A stretch of DNA of 64,000 nt from Eubacteriales bacterium (GCA_045612105.1 JAZKYL010000147.1:884-64883); one strand, 5' to 3'; counted from the stretch's first letter, positions 17,328 through 26,238 are shown. The notes: generated from the sequence alone by a model not told the origin. Program-made: numbers and translations.

Positions 17328-18410
17328 ATGGCTACTGTTTTTGATTATTTGAAATGGAGAGGTGACCTGTCCTTTTCCGATGTCAGGGTAAACGAGGTCG
17401 ACAGTATTATCTTCGCTATGCTGACTTATATTGATTTCGGCGAGCTTTGCGGAGCTGATGAGCTGCTTCTTCGTGAGTCGGCTGTCGATTATTGCAGTGA
17501 CGGGAAGTATGACAGTGTAAATCTTGGGCTTATTATGCCTTCAAAGCAGATAAACAAGATGTTTTGCGACGCGGCAACGTCGAGGCGGTTTGGCGGCGTG
17601 AGGGTGACCGATTTTGTTGAGGAGACCAGTGACGAGGACGGTTATCAGTTTTCAGCGGTGACCTTTCATCTGTCGGGAAAGCAGATGGTGCTTGCTTTCA
17701 GGGGTACGGACGACTCTATTGTGGGTTGGAGAGAGGATTTTTGTCTTTCTTTTCTTGACGAGATACCCGCCCAGAGGATGGCGGTTGAGTATCTTGAGAG
17801 GATGGCGGCGAAGTATCCCGACGAGAGGATATATCTGACGGGGCATTCGAAGGGTGGAAATTTGGCGGTCTATTCGGCTGTGAAATGCTCGGAGTTAATT
17901 GCTTCGAGGATAGTTCGAGCTTACTGCAACGACGGTCCCGGGCTTACGGCTGAGACGGTTGGATCCCACAATTTCAAAAAAAGACAGAGAAAGCTGACGG
18001 TTTTGATACCGCAATCGTCCTATATTGGCATTATGTTTGAAAAGGGCGAGAAATACAAGGTGGTCAAGTGCCGCGGTGTGGGTGTTTTTCAGCACGATCC
18101 TTATTATTGGGAGCTTGAGGGTCCCGAGTACGTTAAGCTGCCCGAGCTTTCCAAGTGGGGCAAGCAAAACGAGCAGAAATTCCGCGTGGGAATGGCTAAG
18201 ATGACGGCTGACGAAAAGCGGGAGTTTGTGGAGACCTTTTTCTCGCTGGTTGAGGCAACGGGGGCGAGGACTCTTTCGGAGTTTGCCGACGGTGGGCTCA
18301 GACGGATAGTGTCGATCATCAAGGGATACGGAGGGCTTGACAAGCAGAAGAGGGAAATGATGCTGGCGATCATTCTGAGGCTGCTTGATATTAAGAAGCA
18401 TAAAGGGTGA
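17328..18410 (+). CDS. Mbeg1-like (DUF2974) alpha/beta hydrolase, lipase-like
   Basis: 360 aa with GAGGAGG RBS. It has FRGTDDSIVGWREDF and the nucleophile elbow GHSKGGNLA typical of DUF2974. Confidence 0.8.
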   Translation: MATVFDYLKWRGDLSFSDVRVNEVDSIIFAMLTYIDFGELCGADELLLRESAVDYCSDGKYDSVNLGLIMPSKQINKMFCDAATSRRFGGVRVTDFVEETSDEDGYQFSAVTFHLSGKQMVLAFRGTDDSIVGWREDFCLSFLDEIPAQRMAVEYLERMAAKYPDERIYLTGHSKGGNLAVYSAVKCSELIASRIVRAYCNDGPGLTAETVGSHNFKKRQRKLTVLIPQSSYIGIMFEKGEKYKVVKCRGVGVFQHDPYYWELEGPEYVKLPELSKWGKQNEQKFRVGMAKMTADEKREFVETFFSLVEATGARTLSEFADGGLRRIVSIIKGYGGLDKQKREMMLAIILRLLDIKKHKG

Positions 18411-18474
18411 TTATCAAGCCTATCGGCGCGATAAAAGTGAAGAACGAAGAGTTAAAAGTGAAGAATTTTGGTTG

Positions 18475-18500
18475 AAAACCGCCCCCTGGCGGTTTTCTTC
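18475..18500 (+). terminator. rho-independent terminator
   Basis: AAAACCGCC (18475-18483), loop CCCT, GGCGGTTTT (18488-18496), then CTTC. Confidence 0.65.
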
Positions 18501-18517
18501 ATTGTTAGATAAATTGC

Positions 18518-18870
18518 GATTTAACGGGGACGCGGGGGGACGCGCGCCTCCGGCGGCGAGCTTTTTGAAAAAAGCTCGGCAAAAACTTCCCCCAAAAAAA
18601 GGGAAAAATTTCACCAATGATGTCATTTGAAACCATATTGATTTGAACCGAAGTTTATCTTCTATCGTGTTTCGGGTGTATAGGAAACTCTTTTGATTAA
18701 AGAGTTTCCAACTAAACTTGCAACACGATAGCAGTGGAGCTTTGATCAAAATTCTAACGGTTTCACAAGATGAAATGGCTACACGTTTAACCATTTTTCA
18801 GGGAAGCTTTTTGGCTCCACCTTTTTCTCGAAAAAGGTGGAACGCGTCTCCCCCGCGTCCCCGATAAATC
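18518..18870. repeat. 353-bp non-coding element bounded by imperfect terminal inverted repeats (MITE-like or large structured RNA)
   Basis: Left end GATTTAACGGGGACGCGGGGGGACGCG (18518-18544). The reverse complement of the right end (18843-18870) is GATTTATCGGGGACGCGGGGGAGACGCG. Internal perfect hairpins lie at 18558-18577, 18683-18709 (nested inside 18662-18671/18722-18731) and 18817-18840. Confidence 0.45.
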
Positions 18871-18892
18871 AAAATTTGAAACAATCTAAAAA

Positions 18893-20110
18893 TTATTTTC
18901 CCTTGATTCGCTTCCAATACTCCTCGGCTGCCTTCTCGGTCTTATTATCGCCGTAGAAATAGTATTTCTTATTTTTCAGATCATCGGGAAGATACTGCTG
19001 CTCAACGTATCTGTTCGGATAATCGTGGGGATATTTATAACCCTTGAAAAGCGGACTTTGAAGGTGCACAGGAGGAGTGATTCCCTTTCCTGCTCTGACG
19101 TCCTCAAGGGCAGCGTCAACCGCCAAATGCTGGGTGTTGGATTTTGGCGCAGTCGCAAGCATTATTGCCGCGTTACCGAGCGGTATTCTCGCCTCGGGAA
19201 GACCAAGCTCCCTTGCGGAATCGCAACAAGCCTTGACTATCACTGCCGCCATTGGATATGCCAAACCTATATCCTCGCTCGCAATCACCTGCAAACGACG
19301 GCAAAGCGAGATAATATCCCCCTGCTCCACCATTTTCGCAACGTAAAATGCCGCCGCATCGGGATCGGAGCCGCGAATCGACTTTTGCAGACAACCCAAC
19401 ATATCGTAATGCACGTCGTCGTTGTAATTGCCCACACCGTAGTTGAACTGATCTGCGTCCGCTGGTGTAATCTCATTATCTGCGGCAAAATATGCATTCT
19501 CAAAAAGTCCGATGGATCGGCGAACATCGCCCCCCGCCGCCTTTGCAATATACTCTGAAGTCGCTTGCGTTACAGTCTTTTCGGTACCGTTCTCCTTATT
19601 GAGATAATCAAGTGCCTTGTAAAGCATCTTTGCGCACTCGCTCGGCTCAACCGTCTTGAATTCAAAAAGTGACGAACGGGATATGATAGCGTTATAAATA
19701 TAAAAATGAGGATTTTCTGTGGTGGACGCAATAAGAGTCACTCTTCCGTCCTCAATATATTCAAGAAGAGCCTGCTGCTGCTTTCGGTTAAAATACTGTA
19801 TCTCATCAATATACAAAAGAGTTCCGTTTGAACCGAAAAGACTTGCAGAGCCGTTTAAAACCTCCTTAACCTCGGAAAGCGATGCACTTGTGGCATTCAG
19901 CTTATGAAAATCCATCCCCGATTGCTTCGCAATGATCGAAGCCGCCGTAGTTTTTCCCGTACCGGGAGGGCCGAAGAAGATCATATTGGTGATACGACCG
20001 CCCTCCATCATGCGCCGAATAACTCCGCGTTCACCGAAAAGATGCTTCTGACCTGCTATGTCGTCTATTGTCTGCGGACGCAAAAGATCCGCCAACTGTG
20101 CGTTTCTCAT
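18893..20110 (-). CDS. rarA: replication-associated recombination protein A (AAA+ ATPase)
   Basis: 405 aa with Walker A FFGPPGTGKTT, LLYIDEIQYFNRKQQ, and a MgsA/RarA-type C-terminal domain. Confidence 0.9.
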   Translation of the reverse strand: MRNAQLADLLRPQTIDDIAGQKHLFGERGVIRRMMEGGRITNMIFFGPPGTGKTTAASIIAKQSGMDFHKLNATSASLSEVKEVLNGSASLFGSNGTLLYIDEIQYFNRKQQQALLEYIEDGRVTLIASTTENPHFYIYNAIISRSSLFEFKTVEPSECAKMLYKALDYLNKENGTEKTVTQATSEYIAKAAGGDVRRSIGLFENAYFAADNEITPADADQFNYGVGNYNDDVHYDMLGCLQKSIRGSDPDAAAFYVAKMVEQGDIISLCRRLQVIASEDIGLAYPMAAVIVKACCDSARELGLPEARIPLGNAAIMLATAPKSNTQHLAVDAALEDVRAGKGITPPVHLQSPLFKGYKYPHDYPNRYVEQQYLPDDLKNKKYYFYGDNKTEKAAEEYWKRIKGK

Positions 20111-20122
20111 TTTCTTTATCCT

Positions 20123-21049
20123 TTATTCAAAAACTCCCGCAGAAAGATATCTCTCTCCCGTATCGGGTAAAATTACAACTATGTTTTTTCCTTGATTCTC
20201 GGCTCTCTCCGCAATCTTTTTCGCCGCGCAAATTGCAGCTCCCGAAGATATTCCAACCAGTATTCCTTCGGTCTTGGCAATTTCTCTTGTGTATTCATAT
20301 GCCTCGTCGTCGGTGACCGTAATTATCTCATCAACAACCGAAAGATCAAGATTTTCAGGCAAGAATCCCGCCCCGATGCCTTGTATCTTGTGCGCTCCGA
20401 CTCTGCCTTCGGTAAGATATGGCGATGACGCAGGCTCAACGGCGACGACCTTGATCTTCGGATTCTTTTCCTTCAAAAATCTACCCGTTCCGCTGACCGT
20501 TCCGCCGGTTCCCGCGCAAGAAATAAAAATATCCACCTCTCCGTCGGTGTCATTCCATATTTCGGGACCCGTGGTCTTATAATGAGCGATAGGATTTGCG
20601 GGATTGTCAAACTGACCCGCAATTATCGCATTAGGGATCGATCTCACAAGCTCCTCCGCCTTCTCGATCGCGCCCTTCATACCGAGCGAGCCATCGGTCA
20701 GCACCAACTCGGCACCGTAAGCCGTCATAAGCATTCGCCTCTCTTTTGACATAGTGTCGGGCATAACGATAATAGCTTTATATCCCTTTGACGCACATAT
20801 CGCCGCAAGTCCAATGCCTGTATTTCCCGACGTAGGCTCGATTATCGTGCTTTCCGCCGTTAATCTTCCCTCTCTCTCGTACTCCTCGATCATCTCGAGA
20901 GCAACTCTGTCCTTGATCGAGCCTGCGGGATTGAACAACTCAATTTTAGCAAGAAGCTTTGCTGAAAGCTCGTATTTATGTTCAAAATTTCTCAGCTCAA
21001 GTAACGGCGTTCTGCCAATAAGAGCCGAAAGTGAATCATATATCTTCAT
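20123..21049 (-). CDS. cysK: cysteine synthase A (O-acetylserine sulfhydrylase)
   Basis: 308 aa with the PLP-enzyme motifs NPAGSIKDR and EPTSGNTGIGLA, and GTGGT. It ends 12 nt upstream of the rarA start codon, so the two are probably co-transcribed. Confidence 0.92.
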   Translation of the reverse strand: MKIYDSLSALIGRTPLLELRNFEHKYELSAKLLAKIELFNPAGSIKDRVALEMIEEYEREGRLTAESTIIEPTSGNTGIGLAAICASKGYKAIIVMPDTMSKERRMLMTAYGAELVLTDGSLGMKGAIEKAEELVRSIPNAIIAGQFDNPANPIAHYKTTGPEIWNDTDGEVDIFISCAGTGGTVSGTGRFLKEKNPKIKVVAVEPASSPYLTEGRVGAHKIQGIGAGFLPENLDLSVVDEIITVTDDEAYEYTREIAKTEGILVGISSGAAICAAKKIAERAENQGKNIVVILPDTGERYLSAGVFE

Positions 21050-21144
21050 AAAATCTTCCGTCCTTAGGAATCACTGTTTATCATAAAGTATAGCACATTC
21101 AGGCACAAAAATCAACATTAAAAACTAAATTTAAAAGATTTCTC

Positions 21145-21173
21145 TTGATTTTTCACGGTTTATGTGTTATCAT
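21145..21173 (+). promoter_or_regulatory. putative sigma-A promoter (TTGATT-17-TGtTATCAT)
   Basis: TTGATT at 21145-21150 and TATCAT at 21168-21173 with an upstream TG. It lies upstream of the lipoprotein gene. Confidence 0.4.
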
Positions 21174-21205
21174 ATTTTTAATTACTATTAATTGGGGAGA
21201 TCATT

Positions 21206-23272
21206 ATGAAAAAAACGGTCAAACAAATTTCCATTATCCTGTGTCTGTCTCTGCTCTTCTCAGTATTCGCCGCTTGTTCGAAAAAGCCTGAGGAAACAAC
21301 CCAAACAACGTTACAGACCTCGACAGAAACGACGGAAAAAATCTCAGAAACTACGGAGACAACGTCAAAAGCCAGTGAAAGCTCCGGAGAAACTACCGAG
21401 GGAACTACAGTTGAAATTGACGAAACTACTCGGGAAGAGACAGACACAACTAATATAGCAACCACGCAAGGAAACGATAATACTGAAATAGAAACCACGC
21501 TCACAGAAACCGACGCGCATACAACTCTTGTTGAAAGTGTTGCAGAAACAGAAATCCATACCGAAACCCTAAGCGATACTATCACCGTGACGGAGTGTGT
21601 TACGGAAACGGAAACACACACGGAAACAGAAATACTTACCGAGTCCGAAATCACCACCGAAGCCGATATTATTACCGAAAGTGAATCCGTGGAGACCGAA
21701 ATGGTAGAGGACATAGTAAGCTTCATTGACTATTCACGAAACAGCTCAAGAACCTATCACGACCTAAAAAACAGCGGCGATATAGCTATGTCCTTCACTG
21801 TTCCCAGCGGATACCTAAAAACCCTTTATCTCAATATAACCGACAATGGCTCTTATACCGATTGCCGTATCGGCGTAAGCATATACGTCTTCGACGGAAA
21901 ATATAAAACCTCCGTTGAAACTGAGCCCATTTATAATGAATACATAACCTCTACTCTCCGCACCTATGCAATCGAATTCGAAGACGGACAGATTGGAGCC
22001 GGTAATTATCTTGTGGTTGTCAGATACGTTGATGTTGTAGTATCTCATAATGCTTCAGCTACCCCCTCTCCCAGTGCCGATGAGCCGTCCGATAACGAAG
22101 AGATTGAAGACGTTAATACCGATACAGTATCTGCTACTGACACCGAAAGTGATACTCTTAGTGAAACAGAGACGGCAACAGAAACAGAAACAGAAACAGA
22201 AACTGAAACTGAAACTGAAACTGAAACTGAAACAAGTCCCAGCATACCCATCGAAGACCTTTACCATTGCAAGATCATAAGAGATACCTGTTGGGTACCT
22301 AAGTCTACCCCCGATGAATATGAGCAATACGATCTGAAGAGCTACGCAAACGGCAAACACATCAAGAGCTTTGCAATGGCAGGCGGCATTGTTATTGTTC
22401 ACGGAGCGCCCGCTGAGGAAGAGATCACCGATAACACCGACGATGAAACAAAAACCGAAGACGACAATGTCGCAAAAGTCATCCTTTTAGGCGGTCAGTC
22501 AAACGCTACCGGTGCATCCGTAAATAATTACCTTAAGAACCATGTGACTGCTGAACAGTATCAAAAATACGTCGAAGGGTTCTCTAACGTCAAGATACTC
22601 TACACCAACGGCTCTACCTCTGGCGGATTCCATACCACAACCATTACCGAAGAGTTTGTTGCTACAAAGCTCGGTCAGGGATACCAACCCTCTAATTTTG
22701 GTCCCGAGCTCGGCCTTGCAGCATATCTCAGCGAGACCTATCCCCACGAAACCTTCTATATCATAAAATATGCCATAGGTGGCTCGGGACTTTACAGTGC
22801 CTGGAACCCTACCGATTCTGAGAGAAATCAGTGTCTTGTAGAATTTAAAGATAAAGTCGATATGGGTCTTTCGCTTCTTGAAGATGAAGGACTCGACCCC
22901 CAAATAGTGGCTTTCCTCTGGATGCAGGGAGAAGGCGATGCATCTACGTTCTACCGTGCCCACGAGTATTATGAGCTTCAGAAGGCTCTCGTTGAAGATA
23001 TTCGCTACGAATATGATTTCTATGCTCCCGAACAAGGCATAGCTTTCATAGATGCGGCAATCAGCAACTCCGGACTTTGGTCATCCTGGTTCATTGTCAA
23101 CGATTGTAAGCTCAGATATTCCAAGGAGTCCGAAATGAACTACTATATCGACACAAACGCATACGGACTTACAACGCTATACGAAAACAATGACCTCGCT
23201 CACTACGACTCTGGCTCTATGCTTCTTCTTGGCAAGCTTTATGGAATGATGATTTCCGAAGTCATTGATTAA
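21206..23272 (+). CDS. lipoprotein with T/E-rich low-complexity linkers and a C-terminal SASA/DUF303-type (SGNH-like) carbohydrate esterase domain
   Basis: 688 aa. Signal plus lipobox-like LLFSVFAAC. Esterase motifs LLGGQSNATG, FLWMQGEGD and DLAHYD, as in the sialate O-acetylesterase family. Confidence 0.8.
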   Translation: MKKTVKQISIILCLSLLFSVFAACSKKPEETTQTTLQTSTETTEKISETTETTSKASESSGETTEGTTVEIDETTREETDTTNIATTQGNDNTEIETTLTETDAHTTLVESVAETEIHTETLSDTITVTECVTETETHTETEILTESEITTEADIITESESVETEMVEDIVSFIDYSRNSSRTYHDLKNSGDIAMSFTVPSGYLKTLYLNITDNGSYTDCRIGVSIYVFDGKYKTSVETEPIYNEYITSTLRTYAIEFEDGQIGAGNYLVVVRYVDVVVSHNASATPSPSADEPSDNEEIEDVNTDTVSATDTESDTLSETETATETETETETETETETETETSPSIPIEDLYHCKIIRDTCWVPKSTPDEYEQYDLKSYANGKHIKSFAMAGGIVIVHGAPAEEEITDNTDDETKTEDDNVAKVILLGGQSNATGASVNNYLKNHVTAEQYQKYVEGFSNVKILYTNGSTSGGFHTTTITEEFVATKLGQGYQPSNFGPELGLAAYLSETYPHETFYIIKYAIGGSGLYSAWNPTDSERNQCLVEFKDKVDMGLSLLEDEGLDPQIVAFLWMQGEGDASTFYRAHEYYELQKALVEDIRYEYDFYAPEQGIAFIDAAISNSGLWSSWFIVNDCKLRYSKESEMNYYIDTNAYGLTTLYENNDLAHYDSGSMLLLGKLYGMMISEVID
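22181..22234 (+). repeat. hexanucleotide microsatellite (GAAACW)x9 encoding (ET)9
   Basis: Read directly from the sequence: gaaaca x3, gaaact x5, gaaaca x1. Confidence 0.9.
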
Positions 23273-23287
23273 TTTAACAAAATAACT

Positions 23288-23328
23288 AAATCCACAAGTG
23301 ATTGCAAAAGCTTCACTTGTGGATTTTT
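23288..23328 (+). terminator. rho-independent terminator
   Basis: AAATCCACAAGTGA (23288-23301) pairs with TCACTTGTGGATTT (23313-23326), followed by TT. Confidence 0.75.
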
Positions 23329-23357
23329 ACAAAAATCAAAAAAAATGCCAATTAATG

Positions 23358-23385
23358 TTGACAAAACAGATAATTGTGCTATAAT
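23358..23385 (+). promoter_or_regulatory. sigma-A promoter of the feo operon
   Basis: TTGACA at 23358-23363, 16-nt spacer, TGcTATAAT with the -10 box at 23380-23385. Confidence 0.65.
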
Positions 23386-23392
23386 ATTATGT

Positions 23393-23410
23393 GGTTAGCA
23401 AAGGCTAACT
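23393..23410. promoter_or_regulatory. candidate operator: inverted repeat GGTTAGC-N4-GCTAAC just downstream of the -10 box
   Basis: GGTTAGC (23393-23399), AAAG, GCTAAC (23404-23409). The same arms recur at 23718-23735. Confidence 0.5.
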
Positions 23411-23455
23411 TGCGTTTGAATATTATTTCACATATACATTTTGGGAGGTTCCTTT

Positions 23456-23668
23456 ATGAATTTACGCAATGCTGAGGAAGGAAAAGAATACGTCATCAAA
23501 GAAATACATACCGACGATGAAGAGCTGGATGCGTTTCTCTTCTCCTTGGGCTGCTACTGCGGCGAGCCTATCACCGTTATTTCTCACCTCAAGGGCGGTT
23601 GCGTGGTCTCCATAAAGGACGGAAGGTATCATATTGACAATGAGCTTGCCGCGGCAATCATCGTCTGA
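23456..23668 (+). CDS. feoA: ferrous iron transport protein A
   Basis: 70 aa counted from ATG 23456 (GGGAGG RBS at 23443-23448). FeoA/SH3-like sequence. It lies directly upstream of feoB. Confidence 0.85.
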   Translation: MNLRNAEEGKEYVIKEIHTDDEELDAFLFSLGCYCGEPITVISHLKGGCVVSIKDGRYHIDNELAAAIIV

Positions 23669-23717
23669 CCCTTCTTCAAAAGAAAAAATCATCCTCAAGA
23701 TTATTTTTTTGCCTCGT

Positions 23718-23735
23718 GGTTAGCCAACGCTAACC
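23718..23735. promoter_or_regulatory. second copy of the GGTTAGC-N4-GCTAACC inverted repeat (feoA-feoB spacer)
   Basis: GGTTAGC (23718-23724), CAAC, GCTAACC (23729-23735). Confidence 0.5.
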
Positions 23736-23804
23736 AATCGGGCTTTAGTATAACGGTAAATATTTTTCAAAATAATTTTTTCATAGGTCTCAGGAGGAGA
23801 ATTA

Positions 23805-25850
23805 ATGAGAATCGCACTTGCGGGCAACCCCAATAGCGGTAAAACTACAATGTTTAACGCTCTTACCGGCAAAAACGAAAAGGTCGGAAACTGGGCGGGC
23901 GTTACCGTTGATAAGAAAGAGCACCCCATCAAAAGAAGCTATACAGTCGGCACGGCAGACCTGATTGCGGTAGACCTTCCCGGAGCATACTCCATGTCTC
24001 CCTTCACAGGGGAGGAGAGCATCACAAGCTCCTACGTCAAAAACGAAGCCCCCGACGTTATCATCAATATCGTCGACGCTACCAACCTCAGCCGAAGTCT
24101 GTTCTTCACGACACAACTCCTCGAGCTCGGTATTCCCATGGTCATAGCTCTCAATAAAGCCGACGTTAATAAGAAAAAGGAAACAACCATCGATTCGGGC
24201 GCGCTCTCCGAAAAGCTCGGCTGCCCCGTTGTGGATACCACCTCAACCTCGGGTCACGGCCTCAAGGAGCTGATCTCGGAGGCTGTTTCTATCATCGGAA
24301 AGGGTCAGACCGCTCCCTACGCGCAGGGCGACGTTGACCTCAGCGAAAAAGCGGCTGTTGTCAAGGCCGATAAAAAGAGATTCGAATTTGTAAACAATAT
24401 TGTTAAAGAGGTCGAGAACAGAAAGATTCTCACAAAAAACAAGAACGCTCAGGACAAAATTGACAATATACTCACCAACAAGTGGTTGGGTATTCCGATC
24501 TTTGCTGTGGTTATGTTCCTGGTATTCCAGATCTCACAAGCTTGGGTTGGCGAATGGCTTGCCAACGGTATCGATTTCGGTGACTACCACGTATGGGGGC
24601 TCGTAGATTGTATCGGCTGGTTCAAGGGTATTGTCGAGGGCTGGATGGAAGGTGCTCACGTGCTGCTCCAGGCGATCGTGCTTGAAGGACTTATCGAGGG
24701 TGTTGCCGCAGTCGTCGGTTTCCTGCCTCTCGTCATGATAATGTACTTCCTCATCGCGCTCCTTGAGGATTGCGGATATATGGCGCGCGCTACCATCGTG
24801 CTTGACCCAATCTTCAAAAAGGTCGGTCTTTCCGGTAAATCGGTAATTCCCTTCGTTGTCGGTACGGGATGCGCCGTTCCGGGTGTTATGGCTTGCCGCA
24901 CCATCAGAAACGAGAGAGAGCGCAGAGCAACCGCTATGCTTGCACCCTTTATGCCCTGCGGCGCAAAGCTTCCCGTTATTTCCCTCTTTGTCGGCTCCTT
25001 CTTCCCCGGTCAGGGGTGGATCGGTACTCTGATGTACTTCGTAGGTATCGTTATCATTCTTCTTTGCGCGCTCCTTGTCAATAAGCTCAACGGTATCAAG
25101 AGCAAGAAGAACTTCTTTATCATCGAGATGCCCGAATACAAGGCCCCCTCGGTCTGGCGCGCATTTAAGTCTATGTGTCAGAGAGGCTGGTCTTACATAG
25201 TCAAGGCGGGCACTGTCATTCTCGTTTGTAACTTCATTATTTATATGATGCAGAACTTCAACTGGAGCTTCCAAATGGTTGAAAACGCAGACGAATCCAT
25301 TCTCGCGACTATCGCGACCCCCGTGGCTTATCTTATAGCTCCCGTAGTTGGAGTAGTTATGTGGCAGCTTGCGGCATCCGCAGTTACCGGATTCATCGCA
25401 AAGGAGTGCGTTGTAGGTACTCTTGCAACCTGCTTAGCTTTCGAGCATCTTATCGGCGAGGATCTTGAGATCATCGAGGGCGGAACGACTATTGCCTCCG
25501 CCATTGGTATCGTTCCCGTTGCGGCTCTCGCATTCCTTATGTTCAATCTTTTCACTCCCCCCTGCTTTGCGGCAATGGGTGCTATGAATTCCGAGATCAA
25601 GAGCAAAAAGTGGCTTTTCGCAGGCATTGGAATTCAGTTTGCGGTTGGATTTACCGTTGGCTTCCTTACATTCTTCTTAGGCACTCTCTTCACCGGTGGA
25701 AGCTTCGGCGAGATTTGGATGCCTATCGTAGGTTGGGCTATAGTTGCGTCTCTTACCGCGCTCTTCACCGTACTCATCATCGTGAAGAATAGGCAGGTCA
25801 AGACCGAATCCACAAACAAAGCACAGAAAAAAGAAACTGTAAACGTATAA
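23805..25850 (+). CDS. feoB: ferrous iron transporter B
   Basis: 681 aa. N-terminal G-domain GNPNSGKTTMFNALTG, then a polytopic membrane domain. Confidence 0.95.
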   Translation: MRIALAGNPNSGKTTMFNALTGKNEKVGNWAGVTVDKKEHPIKRSYTVGTADLIAVDLPGAYSMSPFTGEESITSSYVKNEAPDVIINIVDATNLSRSLFFTTQLLELGIPMVIALNKADVNKKKETTIDSGALSEKLGCPVVDTTSTSGHGLKELISEAVSIIGKGQTAPYAQGDVDLSEKAAVVKADKKRFEFVNNIVKEVENRKILTKNKNAQDKIDNILTNKWLGIPIFAVVMFLVFQISQAWVGEWLANGIDFGDYHVWGLVDCIGWFKGIVEGWMEGAHVLLQAIVLEGLIEGVAAVVGFLPLVMIMYFLIALLEDCGYMARATIVLDPIFKKVGLSGKSVIPFVVGTGCAVPGVMACRTIRNERERRATAMLAPFMPCGAKLPVISLFVGSFFPGQGWIGTLMYFVGIVIILLCALLVNKLNGIKSKKNFFIIEMPEYKAPSVWRAFKSMCQRGWSYIVKAGTVILVCNFIIYMMQNFNWSFQMVENADESILATIATPVAYLIAPVVGVVMWQLAASAVTGFIAKECVVGTLATCLAFEHLIGEDLEIIEGGTTIASAIGIVPVAALAFLMFNLFTPPCFAAMGAMNSEIKSKKWLFAGIGIQFAVGFTVGFLTFFLGTLFTGGSFGEIWMPIVGWAIVASLTALFTVLIIVKNRQVKTESTNKAQKKETVNV

Positions 25851-25865
25851 ATTGGAGATAAAAAT

Positions 25866-26063
25866 ATGGGACCCGTTGATTTTATAATAATTGCGATCAT
25901 CGCGCTTATCGTCGGCGGTGCCGTCGCATACATTATCAAGGCTAAGAAAAGCGGCAAGAAATGTATCGGCTGTCCCGACGGAGGCTCCTGCGGAAAAAGC
26001 GGCGGATGTCAAGGCGGCTGTTCAGGTTGCCGTGGCGAATGCAACTGTGATGATGAAAAATAA
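25866..26063 (+). CDS. FeoB-associated Cys-rich membrane protein
   Basis: 65 aa: one TM helix, then CIGCPDGGSCGKSGGCQGGCSGCRGECNC. It lies immediately after feoB. Confidence 0.8.
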   Translation: MGPVDFIIIAIIALIVGGAVAYIIKAKKSGKKCIGCPDGGSCGKSGGCQGGCSGCRGECNCDDEK

Positions 26064-26074
26064 GTAATATTTTT

Positions 26075-26114
26075 GATACCGAGAACGTCAAATGCGTTTT
26101 CGGTATCTTTTTTT
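26075..26114 (+). terminator. rho-independent terminator of the feo operon
   Basis: 13-bp stem 26075-26087/26095-26107, followed by a T7 run at 26108-26114. Confidence 0.8.
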
Positions 26115-26238
26115 AATTTCGGGACAAAATAAAAAACAAATTATTAACTTTTTTTGTCAAAGCTAAAAATTTGATTACTTTGTATGATAAAAAAGCAAAA
26201 TTCACACCAAAAACCGTCAAAAAAATCACTTTTCACTC

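Noticed and set aside
18385-18794. ORFs 18385-18630 (plus) and 18420-18794 (minus) in the rarA-downstream gap
   Set aside because: They cross terminator and hairpin sequences and the inverted-repeat ends. They are low-complexity (K/P/G runs) with no RBS. The region is better explained as a non-coding repeat element.
21141-21180. ~24/30-nt similarity between the promoter regions at 21141-21180 and 26235-26274 (CTCTTGATTTTT..AC.....ATGTGTTAT), considered as a shared regulator site
   Set aside because: The shared positions coincide with the -35 (TTGATT) and extended -10 (TGTGTTAT) elements. The similarity is most simply two strong sigma-A promoters, and the downstream genes have no obvious functional link.
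21178-21726. 182-aa Ser/Val-rich ORF antisense to the 5' part of the lipoprotein gene, plus the SVSVSV ORF at 22045-22251
   Set aside because: They are the mirror of the T/E-rich linker codons (GAAAC repeats). The sense strand has a clear signal peptide, lipobox and esterase domain.
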